From: Ramazzottius varieornatus
Lineage: Eukaryota; Animalia; Tardigrada
Length of the DNA: 64,000 nucleotides
Direction: 5' to 3'
Assembly (NCBI GenBank): GCA_001949185.1
Contig: BDGG01000009.1
Span: 733,624-797,623, forward strand
Notes under the pieces: model-generated
The model's input: only the letters and a program-made list of their open reading frames with translations
Databases searched by the model: none
What the model was told of the DNA's origin: nothing
In this document: piece after piece, positions 1 to 20,227 of the stretch
Layout of the letters: each line of letters begins with the position of its first letter
How positions within the stretch are numbered: position 1 is the stretch's first letter
Made by a program: the position numbers and the translations under genes

Positions 1-1009
1 CTGTAGTCCGTTATGCATGCAATAAACTAATCATAATCAAGGTGATGCCCTTTTGTACCGTACTCCTCTGTACACATGTGCCAGGCTGTCAGCAAAAAGA
101 ACTTCACGATTTTCCCATTTTCTCGTTTTTCTTCGAACGTTTGCAACGATAAAAGACATTTTGTTATTTATTGCTCCTTGGGCAGAGTCCGGACACTTAC
201 GTTGATCGAGGAAGCTGGAAATCTGGAACGGGCCTGATATTTTCTGTCTGTGAGATCATATCTCGGATGGCGGAATCTTGTCGCAATGCGTCTCATCGTC
301 TTTTCCGTGGCTACTAGCTAGTGAGAGTTTTGCCTGGATTATTCTTATTTGGTCTTGCCCAGAGGTGAGCACTGACTAGTCTTGCGCGGGTATGCTGGTC
401 GACTAACTTTGGGATTGTTGGACGACGGAACGTAAAAGTGGTAGACGTGGCATTATATTTCCAGTCCCGTAATCCGTTGTCTTTGTGACCGCAGAAGGAA
501 TCAGAGATGATCCAGACGCGGTCACTTCGCGTCATCACCTAACAGGGAAAAGTTTTGCTGTTGTCTACCATATCTGACACTCCGTAAGGTTGGGAAGACC
601 AGCTGGAAAATCGGGACGACAACGTTAACCTTATGGCTGAGTCAGGCGCTATCGTCTATCTATATAGGACCATTCATGATGTCATTATGTCACATACAAG
701 ATTTGCACTTGGGCTTTTCGGGCGTTATCTTCCTCCCTACGTCTATAGGCTTGATACTAGGTGCCTTGTAGGAAAGACAGGTGCTCGTTACTTTGATAAG
801 GATTTGTACACATAGAGGATGTTGGGAGAATATGGAGTGAAAATGGAATATCCAGATTTCTTATGTAATGAGCCTAATGATGTGTTTGTGTCCTTGCAGA
901 ACTGCCAGAAGTACATGTCACTTGTTTCTGCTGAATCGCGCTACCGCTACGGGATTATCTGTAGTACAAACAAGGGCCTGAATTCTTCCTTATCACAGAC
1001 GCGCGTCGA

Positions 1010-5117
<4,108 letters not shown>

Positions 5118-5906
5118 CTTCCGCTTATGAGGCTTTTACAGTTCGTCACAGTACCGAGCCGTTGGTTTCTTCGCTTCTTTCCATGTCTAGATCCGTTACA
5201 CAACTGTTTTCCCCCTGTGGTCGACTGTTGGGATTTTGTAGAATTTTATCAGTCTGATGCATGGTTTTCATTTGCGTAATTTGTGTAAGGCTGTAACCAG
5301 CCGGTATTTTAATTCAGAGTTTACCTGGTGTCTTGGTGGTGGGTGATTTTTTTATTGGCCCATCCATCTTTTTGTCAAATTTAGTTTCGGTCCACTGTGA
5401 GGACTTCCGTGAAATGGAACAACATGTCGTTCTTATCACCCGGGCTTTTTATTCTGGTTTGATCACCATAAAGAAGCTAGGCAAACAAAGTGTACAATAT
5501 CGTTATCTAGTGGCACACGCCTTCATTGCTGCTGGCTGGAAACTGCGCCACTTGGAAAAGCGATCTGTCGGGTTTGCTGGGTCTAAGTGGCGCACGCTTC
5601 TAGCCAAAATCACTGGAAACATGCGCCACTCTAGATAACGATCTTGCACGTTTTGTTTGCCCAGCTCCGAAATGGAGCTGGGCAAACAAAGTTTCAGAAA
5701 TGGTTTTCCGGCTTTTATGACTTCTCCCGCGTTGCGTATCGGTACTAACAGGCAAGCAATAGCTGGAAAGTTTTTCACTGTTCACAACTACAAGAATCCT
5801 TCGGAATTCAACAAAATTAATAAAACTGCAACAAGGAACTGTGGAAAATTGAAAACAAAATGATTAAAATAAACATGAAAACTTGAACGACCGTTCTGAC
5901 TAGACT

Positions 5907-7874
5907 TCAAGGTGAGCTTGTTGACTGCAGCGTAGTGCTGCTAGCTACCAGATCATGAGGAAACTTGGGGTTTTCTATACAACCTTTTCCAAACTTCAGC
6001 TCTAAGAACTCGCGTACATTATTGGGAGAAGAAACTGTCAGTCCCATGAAAGACACAGTTTCTAACGGTAGCAGAAACCTTTCAGGGAATTCTTTGTCCT
6101 GTGGGTGGGTCGCGAACCAGTAGTCCTTGGTCATTGTTGAGTCATTCGAGTAAAACGGGAAAATATCGACATGCATGCGGTTCGTTTTACTGTAATGTAC
6201 GCGATAAAATTGCCCTTCGGACGCCGATGACTTCTCCCATACAAACCCATCCACGTCTTCGACGGGACCTTCATTGGCTGCCTGCAAGAATTGCACTTGT
6301 TTCGTATCGTTAAGGTACATGCCCAGGTCGATGTCGTAGTCCCATGGTATCAGCTCACCATTCCGTGCTGCCCCTGAAAAACAGATAGAAGAAGCAGAAC
6401 CTCAGCAAATGGTCCATCATCCAGATCGGGTCTGAGGTGGCGCACGTTCATATTGTAATTGGCTAAGAGCGTGCACCACTTGGAAAAACGACACCTGGTT
6501 AAATCTAAACTTAAAGTCGATGAAATGCACGGAGAAGACATACCTAGAAGACTTCCGCCTTCCAGCCAATACCGTACATCATTGGTATTGAACACATCTA
6601 TTACATGTTGAAGGACGTTTCGCAAAGCGCGAACACAACATGGTGGTGTCACTCGGCCTTCGTAAACATAACTCGGCATCTCGTTGATAACGTCCCCGAA
6701 GCATCGTTTGGTGTATTTTTTACACCCAAAAATTTCTTCGTTGCTATTCTTAACCACTCTCTTGATATCGAACTGATCATACAGGCTTTTTAGCTGTTCA
6801 TCCCTAACTACCCGTAAGAGCTTCAGGACTTCCGGGTCCAACAGGCGATCGCTGCGAGTGAACGGTGTTCGCTCCAGCAGGCGGAACTTCCATGCGAGAG
6901 AAGCAAATTGAATCTGTAGGCTTTCATCCACTGGTTGAGCAAGTGGATCAAAGAGAGCGAGGTAGTCTGGAGCGCGGGTGAGGTGGACTAAGGAGCCTGT
7001 GATGGAGTCGCAGACTGGCCCAACTGAGCTGTTGGAGTACAGCGTCCATTGTTTGTGGTCGAGGTGGATCGAGTGGCATGAAGCCCTTTTACCCCTTATG
7101 CGAAATCCCCAGGCTCTGATGTTGTCACCATCTTCCCTGATCGAGCGAAGAATGTCTACAAGTGATCGAAAACTTGCAGCAGGAGTAACCAACGGCGAAG
7201 AACGCAGTCTTACACAGATGACATGTCAACACATTACATATGACATGACGCTGTAACACTGACACATTCACACTCGCTTTGACATAACATATTATGTCAG
7301 TCATCAATTCTTTGAAAAATCTTTACACTGCAGATGTCAAAGAGGTTCTTTGTGGTTGAAGTTGGACATTCCTTCTTCGCCGCTGCTACATATCGTGGTT
7401 TGTCCTTCTGAACACAGGAATAACGGACAACTTACCGTCAAAGTCGAAGGCTGCAGGATCAAGAACGACGCCATCCGGGACAAGCATCACCCATTCCGTC
7501 GCGATGTGCTTTCTCAAGTCTTTCCATTCCCTACCGAGTCGAAGATCTGGATGCAACTGGAACTGTTCGACTTTTGGAGAAGTAAAGGTAACTGCAGGAT
7601 ACAGTTTACGGTCAGAGACGATGAGCACTTTTTGGACCGCGTCAGTCGCGGACAGACTGCTGCTGGTTGCATGCAGGTCGTTCACGGCTTCGTTGAAGTC
7701 TCTGATGACGACGGTAATCCTTCCCCGCAATCTTTGGCTGTCCTCTGCTCTTAGCCAGTGTATTCTTCCAGGAGTATCATGTGCAAAGAACGTCCAGACA
7801 AGGTAGATAACGAGATGTTGAAGGGCCAGACCAGCAAGTACGAAGAAGACGAGTTGCCTGCTCACGCGGATCAT
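5907..7874 (-). CDS. FKRP: Fukutin-related protein (LicD-family ribitol-5-phosphate transferase)
   Basis: N-terminal type II TM segment (MIRVSRQLVFFVLAGLAL), Zn loop FGCKKYTKRCFG..TPPCC, LicD motif YWLEGGSLLG|AARNGELIPWDYDIDLG, then HVDIFPFY and FLELKFGKGCIENP. Confidence 0.92.
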
Positions 7875-8796
7875 ACTGACGGCTGCCAGGTAGCATGATG
7901 TTGAAGAGAAGACTTGGTCAGTTGTCCCGGATCTTCCTGCAGTCGAAAGCTGTATTCAACATTAGAAGGTACGCATCGACGAGATAAACTATCCGAAAAC
8001 TGGTGCTAATTTGGATAAAAAACGGTGAATGAGGATTTTCTGCCTCGCCAAGTTCGCTTGACAGCCTGTAACGTTAGTATGTAATGCAGGGTACATCCAT
8101 TACGTCACCTCACAGTGTGATCGCATTGCTAGGACGTTCATTCTGATAATTCAGGAACCACTGGTCAGTTTTCGATAAAGAACTCAGTGGCATTTCCCGT
8201 TTGTGTTGACAGTCCGAACCAACCTGGTAGATGCTACTTGTGCTCGTGCTGCCGACATGGTTGACGAACTGTGATCGGGATGAGCAAAGTTGCGAAAGTA
8301 GCATTCTGCGTGTTACCGGCAAAATCCCTAGTTTTCATCGCAGTGGGACAGTGGGAACATCAGGCTAAACTCAGCTCACTGTCGCGGCGACGTGTTCTAC
8401 CGTGTTCACACATGCATGCTTGCTCTAGTACAAAAGACTGCGTATCAGCCTGAATTTGCCTCGCATTTCTACAGCCTACAGGTTGCAGCATGAAAGTGCC
8501 TTGCGCATACGCCGCAGGCATCAAGTCTTCCGGCATTCCGTTTACGAAACTTCCCAGAGGGTACACGTACTGCACCACATGCGAACAAGACGGTACTTTT
8601 GACTTCAGTAGGTAACAAGCTTGACGTGCTCGCTGCCTTTGTCGAAAAATACAGTATCTTCCCATAGGGAAATCCGGGATGAGACGTCCCTTTTGAGATG
8701 CTGATTTTCTTCGTCTAAGCCGTTGATCGCGAGGGACTCATGGTCTTCATCGCCGGTGTTCGGCCATATCACGCAAGTGACGGTGACACGGCCAAT

Positions 8797-10208
8797 ATGT
8801 CTCGTTTCAGCAAGGAACATCATGGACTGAGCATTACCGCCGCTCCCATGGCTCTCGCTGTGGTCTACATCGTCACTTTACCTGTCTTATATTTCTGGGC
8901 TGTGGGACAAGGCCATGTCAGCGCCATTTGGCCATACATCAGTGACTTGGGTACCGAGAAGTCTGTCGACAGCATGACGCAGAATGTTCGTACCGTGCTC
9001 ATGCTTTTCTTCCCGCAGGCGCCTGGCGGCCAGAATCATCCCTCTTCAGCGAGATGCTGCATTTCGTGGCACTTTTGATGGCTGTCATATTTTTGCTTCG
9101 TTATCTCTTACTGAGGGATTACGCCTATGTTCGGGTACAACGCTCCTGCACAACTTCCGTCTTTACGTAAGATGGGAAGTCGGCGAGCAAACGTGGCCGG
9201 ATTATTTTCCAAAGTGGCGCATCTTTACAGGTAGTATCATCGAAGGGATGCGCCACTTGGAAACTGTCATGGCGAGTTTGTTTGCCAAGCTCCCAAAGCT
9301 GCTTGCTGTATCTTTAACGTTGTTTCTTTGTATTTTTCAGAACTTCCGCTACATCAAACAAATCGCTTTCATCAACATGACGCTGGGTGTGATGGAAGCT
9401 TTCGGAACCTCCTTGGTAGCCAGCTACCCAACAGTCGAAACCACGTCCTTGCACACAGTTGGCGCGGTAGGTCATTCAAATCATATGTAGAGAAACGGCG
9501 GTAGTACTAAACTGCGCTGGTTGACACGAACAGTTCAAGCAACTGCCGACCGGAAATGTGGGGGAAGCTTTATTGGAAAGCCAATATTCTGTTCTCAAGA
9601 AGCGAGAAGATGGCGAAACATGTGTTGAAATGTTGACAAGTCACAATCGGTAAAGTTTCGGAAGAACAAGTTTCTGCAAGGTCTCTTTGTAGTCGATCGT
9701 TTTCCTCTTCGGTGTCATCTATCTCCTCATCGACTCCTACATCTCGGTCAAAACCGCGGTCTTGAGGAACCATTCCTTAAAGATCATGTATGGTCGCGTG
9801 GCACTGGGCCTTCTAATGTTGGTCTTCCTCATCACGGCCATCGGTGGCGGTGTCAAGTCCGGGCAACAGCGTATGGACCAGCTAAACAACCCGATGCTCA
9901 GACTGATCTGGCGAGCGGAAGATGGCGGGTACACCGCGCACGTCGTCAGCACGGTCTCCGAGTGGCTCATGGGCGCACTACAGTTGGTCTACTTTATTAC
10001 GTTCATTTACGAATTCCAGCACTTCCGATTACCGTATCCTCGGCTGGAACCGATCGATCCAGCAGTGATACTTAACGATGTGGCAGGCACCAGATCGGCC
10101 ACTCCACGATCGAGTATACGGGTTGAAGCTACATCTGAGAAGGAACCGCTGTTGGGCAATAAGTCCAAGCAATTCATGTACATTGCTACCGGCGACTTTG
10201 CACAGTAA
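8797..10208 (+). CDS. DRAM/TMEM150 (Frag1/DRAM/Sfk1 family) multi-pass membrane protein
   Basis: GHVSAIWPYISDLGT..PPES motif, LVASYPTVETTSLHTVGA, and HVVSTVSEWLMGALQLVYFITFIYEF; about six hydrophobic segments across spliced exons. Confidence 0.82.
9174..9294. repeat. Family A monomer copy in an intron of the DRAM-like gene
   Basis: GGGAAGTCGGCGAGCAAAC..AAGTGGCGC-N29-GCGCCACTTG..GTTTGTTTGCCAAGCTCCC, 121 bp. Confidence 0.9.
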
Positions 10209-10534
10209 CTTTCTTACCTAAGAACGACAAATAAAAAAAGATAATCAAAATAAAATGGTAAATCGGCCAATGAATTTATATATGGATAGTTAGCTCAAGT
10301 GGCGCACGTGGTTATTATTAGCGGGTAACACGTTGCGCCACTTGGGGAAAACGATTATTTGCGCCACTTGCCGACGTCCTGAATAAAACAGTGTTAACAA
10401 TTGAGAACACCAAGAAAAACCACAAAGCAGTGGCAAAAATTAGCCGGTAAAAACTAGCGAAAAGAATTCAGAAAATGAACTCCTAGAAAAGGAGGTGGAA
10501 AAACTTAATGAAAGCACACCGGAAGTAGGTAAAG

Positions 10535-13500
10535 TTATCTCGGGCGTTTCTGAAAAGCCATAAGTGAGCTCTTTCTCTCCACCACCTTGCTGGCTCGACT
10601 GGTGCCCGTCGACCTCATCGAGTTCCCCAGAGACTTCTCGCCCGACTTACTCTCCCTTCGGGACAGGAATGCTTTGATGGTGTCCTTATAGTCCACACAG
10701 ACCTTATTGAGAATATCCGCGCCGAACGAGCGAATAGCTTGTTGTATCAGAATATCCACCGCCACAATCTCCGGTTTATTGGACGTGTCCAAGTCGCCAT
10801 AGTTGGTAGTCCAGACCAGCACTACCCTGACGAACTGCAGGACTTCCACGGCAGCCGCTATACTCTTGGGCGGCTTAGGGAAGGCCCTTCCTAAGGTCTC
10901 GGCGTACTTGCAGGTAATAAAGGCAAAGGCTTCCTTCTTGTTCTTTCTCATGATCCTCCTCAACTCCGAACTCAACTGAACCAACAAATTGCCGGCTCGT
11001 TCCACCTGCATATCCAGTATCTGGGTAAAGACTTTTTTCGAGTGGTCCGAAGTGCGGGCGTTCTGCATGTTGTTACTCAGCGCTTCCACGATCTGCGGCG
11101 CCACCAAATGTATCCGTCTTTCCAGCAAGGGCATGATCACTTCCAAGGCACCAATGGCTTCGGCCGCCACATGACTATTGAGGCTGGAGACTAAAGGCAG
11201 GAACTGGGAGAAGACCACGCCGATGGCGCTCTCCACCACACGTGGATAGGTCTTGGTCAACTGGACGAATTCGTCGACAGCCGTCACGATGTCGTTACTG
11301 AATCTCGTCCCCTTCTGCATACGATCCATCAAGTCTTGTAAATTCAAGCGAATTTCTTCGGGCTTCTTCTCGGCTTCGCTCATGTCCATCGTGTCTTGTC
11401 GACTCATTTTCCTCGTTCGGGCTTTGCTGGATATGCCGGAGGTGTCATCGTTCAGCGACTCCATACCGGATTCTCGACTGACGGTATAAGACTGGTTCTT
11501 GCCCGTCATGTTCAACCGAGCGTCCGCTGGACTTTTCGTCCGTTGTTTCAGGCTCTTCTTTGGGTCGACTTCACTAGCAGATATCGACGCGCTTGTTTTT
11601 CTTCCAACCTTTTCCGCCGGTATTTTGTCTTGCCGTTTGAAACGAGTGCCTTTCGGCACAGCGGTTTGGTCGACGCTTATTGCCGACCGGTCGGATGGTT
11701 GAGATTTTGACGAAGCGCTGCCTCGTCGTATTGACGAATTCATATCGGTGTGGGAAGAGGGAGGACGGGACGTCGCGTTGGAGTACGAACTAGCTTCTTT
11801 GGCGTACTTCCGATTCAGTTGAGACTGTCGTTCCATACGAGCGGTACTCGGCGCGTCACTGTATCTTCCTCGAGGGTCGACGTTGGTTGACGAGAAAGAC
11901 ATTTCATCACAGAATAGTCCAGAGTCGAATTCGGCCAGTGTATGGTTGACACGCGAAGTTGGTTGGCAGGTTTTGAGAAGAGTCGGAATTGGCATGGCGT
12001 CAAAGTCCAGTTGCGTCATCGGGGCTGGCGCTGTTGTGGCGCTTTTTCCACTGGACCGCGCATCTCGAATGACGGGTAGAGCTTCTTCATCGTCAGTGGA
12101 CTGAGGCCGAGCTCTGATCAGTTTTACCTGCGGTTGAACAGGAGCATCTTCCATCGGGACCTTTGATATTTTGTCTGATGTTTTGGGGACGGAAATCTTC
12201 TTTCGAGGTACGGTCTCTCTGACGATGGCGGAAGTAGGTCTGTCGGTCCCTGCAGATGAGCCGTCTTGGATAGAGTCTAGAGTAGCGCTCAGTTGGGAGG
12301 CTGGAACCTTGGACAGACGCGTGGTATGGCCACGACCGGAAGAAGAAGGACGGTCTGCAGGACCTTTTTCGGCCGGATTGACTGCAATGAACGATAGTAC
12401 AACATGCACTATAGAAGAATGATCGAACTGAAACGAAATGGCAGCTCAGCACATGTTGCAAGTAAACACACAGATGAATGTTTCTCAAGTGGCGCACGGT
12501 CTTGATGGTTTTCGCGGAGATTGTGCGCCACTTGGAAAACGGATATTGTCGATTTTGCTTGCCCAGCTCCAGAATGTTTTACTGACCTTTCATCTCGCGT
12601 TTCAACTGAAATCTTTTCACAGATTTCACCTCGGGCAGCTCCGAAGGTGGCGTTGTAGAGCTGTGCTTTTTGGTGGGTACGTCCGTCACTTCACGATGGA
12701 CGTCGGGAGCTGACTCGTTTTCGTCAAGCTCTGCAACAGATACATGCACGACCGTACATCAAACAAAATTAACTTTGTCTTCTATGCAGCTAGAAAGTTC
12801 CAGACTGAGACACACCTAAACTGGGACGCTTCCTGGTACGCGTATACGACCTGGGAAATTCAGCAGCAATTCGCGTCTTCGGTTCCCTCTTTGGGTCCGC
12901 CTCGTCATCCTTTTTACCAATAGTTTGTTTTTGCTCTTTCTGTCAAAACAAAATTTCATCAGGCTATACGAACGAGTTACGATCTCACGTAACAGATGGT
13001 TGGCGCCTGTGGTTCTTACTCGTGAACTCTCCGTGCTGGTAGAGTACACCTCCTCCTTGTCTGCCCATCCGGTCAGTCTGGGTGTCTTGGGTGGCTTTGG
13101 AGGTTTCGCATCGGGCGGAGGTTTCTTGGCCGTTTCACGTGGTGTAGCTGTCAAAGGTTCGTCAACATTGTACGTGGAAAGCGAGGTTGTGGAGAGCGGT
13201 TTTTCCATGCAAGCCGTGCTGACCATTGCCGAATCGGCGGTCACGGTAACATCTCTTTTCCGTCGAGCAACGGCACGGTCACCGGCTCCTTGATCTTCGT
13301 GCTTCAAACATCTGCTCGTGTCTGGCGCACTCCGTACGCAATCTCCTGCTTCAACCACCGGCAGTTTGTGTGTCAGGATAGCTGAAGCCTGAAAAGAACA
13401 AAATACGCAATCGATCTTCCACTAATCTAAGAAGAAGGCTGTAAATATTATGTTGTAGCATCTGAGAGCTCGAAAAACGAAACGCAGCCAGTCCTCGTCT

Positions 13501-14689
13501 CCAGTGACGCACGCTGCCATTGTCACTGGAAGCATGCGCCACCTAAAACCACGACGCCTCTCTGCCCAAGTGGCGCACCCTGACATGGTTATCGGCTAGA
13601 AGTGTGCGCCACCCAGGCATCAATCTGGCACTTGGGGCTTGCGGCGTCCCATTTACGTACCCTTGCTGAATGGTCCACGCCGGAAGTTAGCCAACACCCA
13701 TCTTCCTCGCACATGTGCTTGTAAGAATCTTGGCAAGCAGCCACCCAAGCAACATCGGCGCTTTTGGCCGGTGAGTCGCTCTTCAAGCTCAGCCAAAAGT
13801 GAACCTGCTGCAGCTCGGCCTCCACAAGCGGACTTTCCGGCCGTTCGATCCGACGCACAAACGCCAGCCGCCCATCGGCATATTTCTCACCAGGCAGCAT
13901 ATCGTTCATGCATCTCTTAATGTCCTCCCTTCCATTCGACGCTCCTTTCACCGCATGCAATGCCTTCATACCCTCCAAACATGCTCGGCGAATAATGCTG
14001 ACTGGATACTGTGAAGCCAACCTTACCAAGAGGTGGGCTGTAGGTGCAGTGGGAAATGTGTAGTGAGGAAACAACAGCATGGCTTTGATCAGGAACTTGA
14101 GAAAGAGCTCGAGTAAAGGCGGGTTCTTTTCAAAAGATAACCCATCCATCTCCAAGTCCGCTTCGCACAGTTCCATGGCGTTTTCCGGACCGTGCAAATT
14201 AATCAAGATGCCGGAAGTAGCGTACATAGGCCGCAACACACGCGCCTGGAATTCCGCCGAGGCAGAATCCAGCTTCTCGAGGGCCAGCTGACTGCCCAGA
14301 TGTAACAGTGTCTTCCAGAACATGGCAGAAAATTCCCGACCTAAACTCTTCAAGCGATACAACATCATGTCCAGAATATCAAAGACAGCCTGCCAGTCTT
14401 CCAAGTATGTCAGGGTCATGTGGCGCATGGTGTTGAGGACGGCTACCGTGACGCGACTGCGTTCATGGCAGGTCAAACCGTGAAAGTAGACGGTGGAGCT
14501 CCAGTGCAAAAGTCCTTCGAACAAGGGGATGCGGTTGCTGTGCGAGCCATCTTCGGGGACGGTCAGTAAGTCTTTAAGGATTTTGTCGACGCCTTCGAGG
14601 ACGGGCTCACTGTCCGTACTGTCCTTGTCAGCGTCGACGGTGGTAAGGCGCTCATCGCCTTCCTGGTCCTGATCGACCGAAGCCACCAT
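10535..14689 (-). CDS. Large protein with N- and C-terminal helical HEAT/TOG-like regions and a long S/R/K-rich linker (TOGARAM/FAM179/CLASP-like, tentative)
   Basis: Long ORFs 13589-14689 and 10535-12409 are joined by spliced exons. The C-terminal part (FLPLVSSLNSHVAAEAIGALEVIMPLL..IVEALSNNM) reads like HEAT repeats. The family call rests on architecture only. Confidence 0.5.
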
Positions 14690-15153
14690 GGCGTCTGGCG
14701 TCTACGATAGCCTCAAGATCATGTCACTACAGTCGACCATTTTCCCTTGCGCTTCTTCAATACCTCGTAGTGTCAATTATGAACCACCATCAATTCAAAA
14801 CTGATCGACGCCTAATTCAGCTGAACATTCTATCGTTAGCTTCGAACTTTTAGCATGGCTTCCATCGTTGGCTTGTAGGTTGGCTACGCTGTACGTACAC
14901 GTGTACGTAAGAACCTGTGGCAAGGTTTTCAAGGAGCTTGGGTTGCTAGGCTAAACTTTGGTTGGGCGTTCCACTTTAATATGTACGAGTATAGTTAACG
15001 GACTTAGATGGCAGTGGTGCGAAATAACCGAATGGCTCGTTTCACACCATAAGGAAACGGTGTAGGTGACCAAAACGAATTACTTTGAAGAGTTCACAGA
15101 GGTTACGATCAATGATGTGAAAATATGAAAACGGGCATGTTTGACAGAATAGT

Positions 15154-19113
<3,960 letters not shown>

Positions 19114-19293
19114 GATCCTGTACCGTGTCAGATAAGATCCGCTTCCAACCAGGCCGTTCCTCAGTAAAGCTAGACACGATCTTGGCCAAAGATATACCGA
19201 GAGATCCTAGATGCAAGATGTCTCCCTTGAAAGTTCTGTAGATCTTTGGCCTTTGGATGAATTTTTAGACCAAGTATTTTGAAGCCATGTCCC

Positions 19294-19901
19294 TAGGGTT
19301 GTTAACGCATGGATCAGACAGTCATCCGGATGGGATCAGATGCCGATGCGGATGGATCCGGAGAGCAGTCGGATGGATAGAACTCCCATCCGAATCGGTT
19401 GCCGATGGATGGGTCTTCTATCCGGATGATCCGGATCTTATCCGGATAAAAACTCGAAGCTTGGCTTAGAGACTTACAGATGACACAGCGAATTATAATT
19501 CGTAGGTTTTGACAGGCTGTGTTGCCGGACAGCATAGACGATACAATCTAATAATCCTGCGTCAACATAGTCTGCATATACTCAAAAATTAAATCCCAAG
19601 ACCTTAAATAACAAGACGAGAACTGTGTAAACAAACCTACGCTCAAAAGACAAGCTTGTAGGGAGATTGCGAATTTCTGTCGGATTACCCGCTGGTGTAT
19701 TGGACCGTTTGATTGCGCGTTAGTAGTTTTGGTTCTATCCGGATAGAAAGCCGGATGGATGGAGAGCTCATCCGGAGTCCATCCGGATGGATCGGATCTC
19801 TATCCGGTTAACAGCTCGATGGATAGAATGCCTATTCAATCCAACTTCTATCCAGATTCATCCGGATCCATCCGATGTCGGATTAGATATTAACAACCCT
19901 A
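19294..19901. mobile_element. Non-autonomous hAT-like DNA transposon, 608 bp
   Basis: TIRs TAGGGTTGTTAA / TTAACAACCCTA. A perfect 8-bp TSD CATGTCCC lies at 19286-19293 and 19902-19909. Dense subterminal ATCCGGAT/GGAT repeats occur at both ends. There is no transposase ORF. Confidence 0.9.
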
Positions 19902-20227
19902 CATGTCCCGTAGCCATGGGGGCCCCTGGCCAAGTGACAGTGTCACCGTAGCCCCGGGCTTCTTTGTGGGTCACACAGGGGAGCCTTCAGGGAAGGTGAC
20001 CTGATGGGGGTTCGCCCCGCTTTGCTCGATGGGTAATTGCATGTTTTGATTTCTGATGACCTCAGCTTCATCTTCACGAAATCCGGACCCAGCTTTCTTC
20101 CGTCTGATCTTCCCGTTCGACTTGCAGACGTCTCTCTCAGGACTGCAGTGTGAGGACATACGGATTCGGGACTCCGTTGTTTTGCAGCTGGTGAATGTCG
20201 CCTGCTGTCTGGACGTGAGCGCCTGAA

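Noticed and set aside
196-538. Possible minus-strand exon or gene at the window start
   Set aside because: Splice-like signals are present, but there is no recognisable protein and the context is truncated.
19910-20035. GC-rich structured segment with a GGGG-TTCG-CCCC hairpin, possibly an ncRNA
   Set aside because: It has no recognisable snRNA, RNase P/MRP, SRP or tRNA motifs. It is followed by a donor-like GTAATT, so it is more likely a 5'UTR exon. An Rfam scan was not possible.
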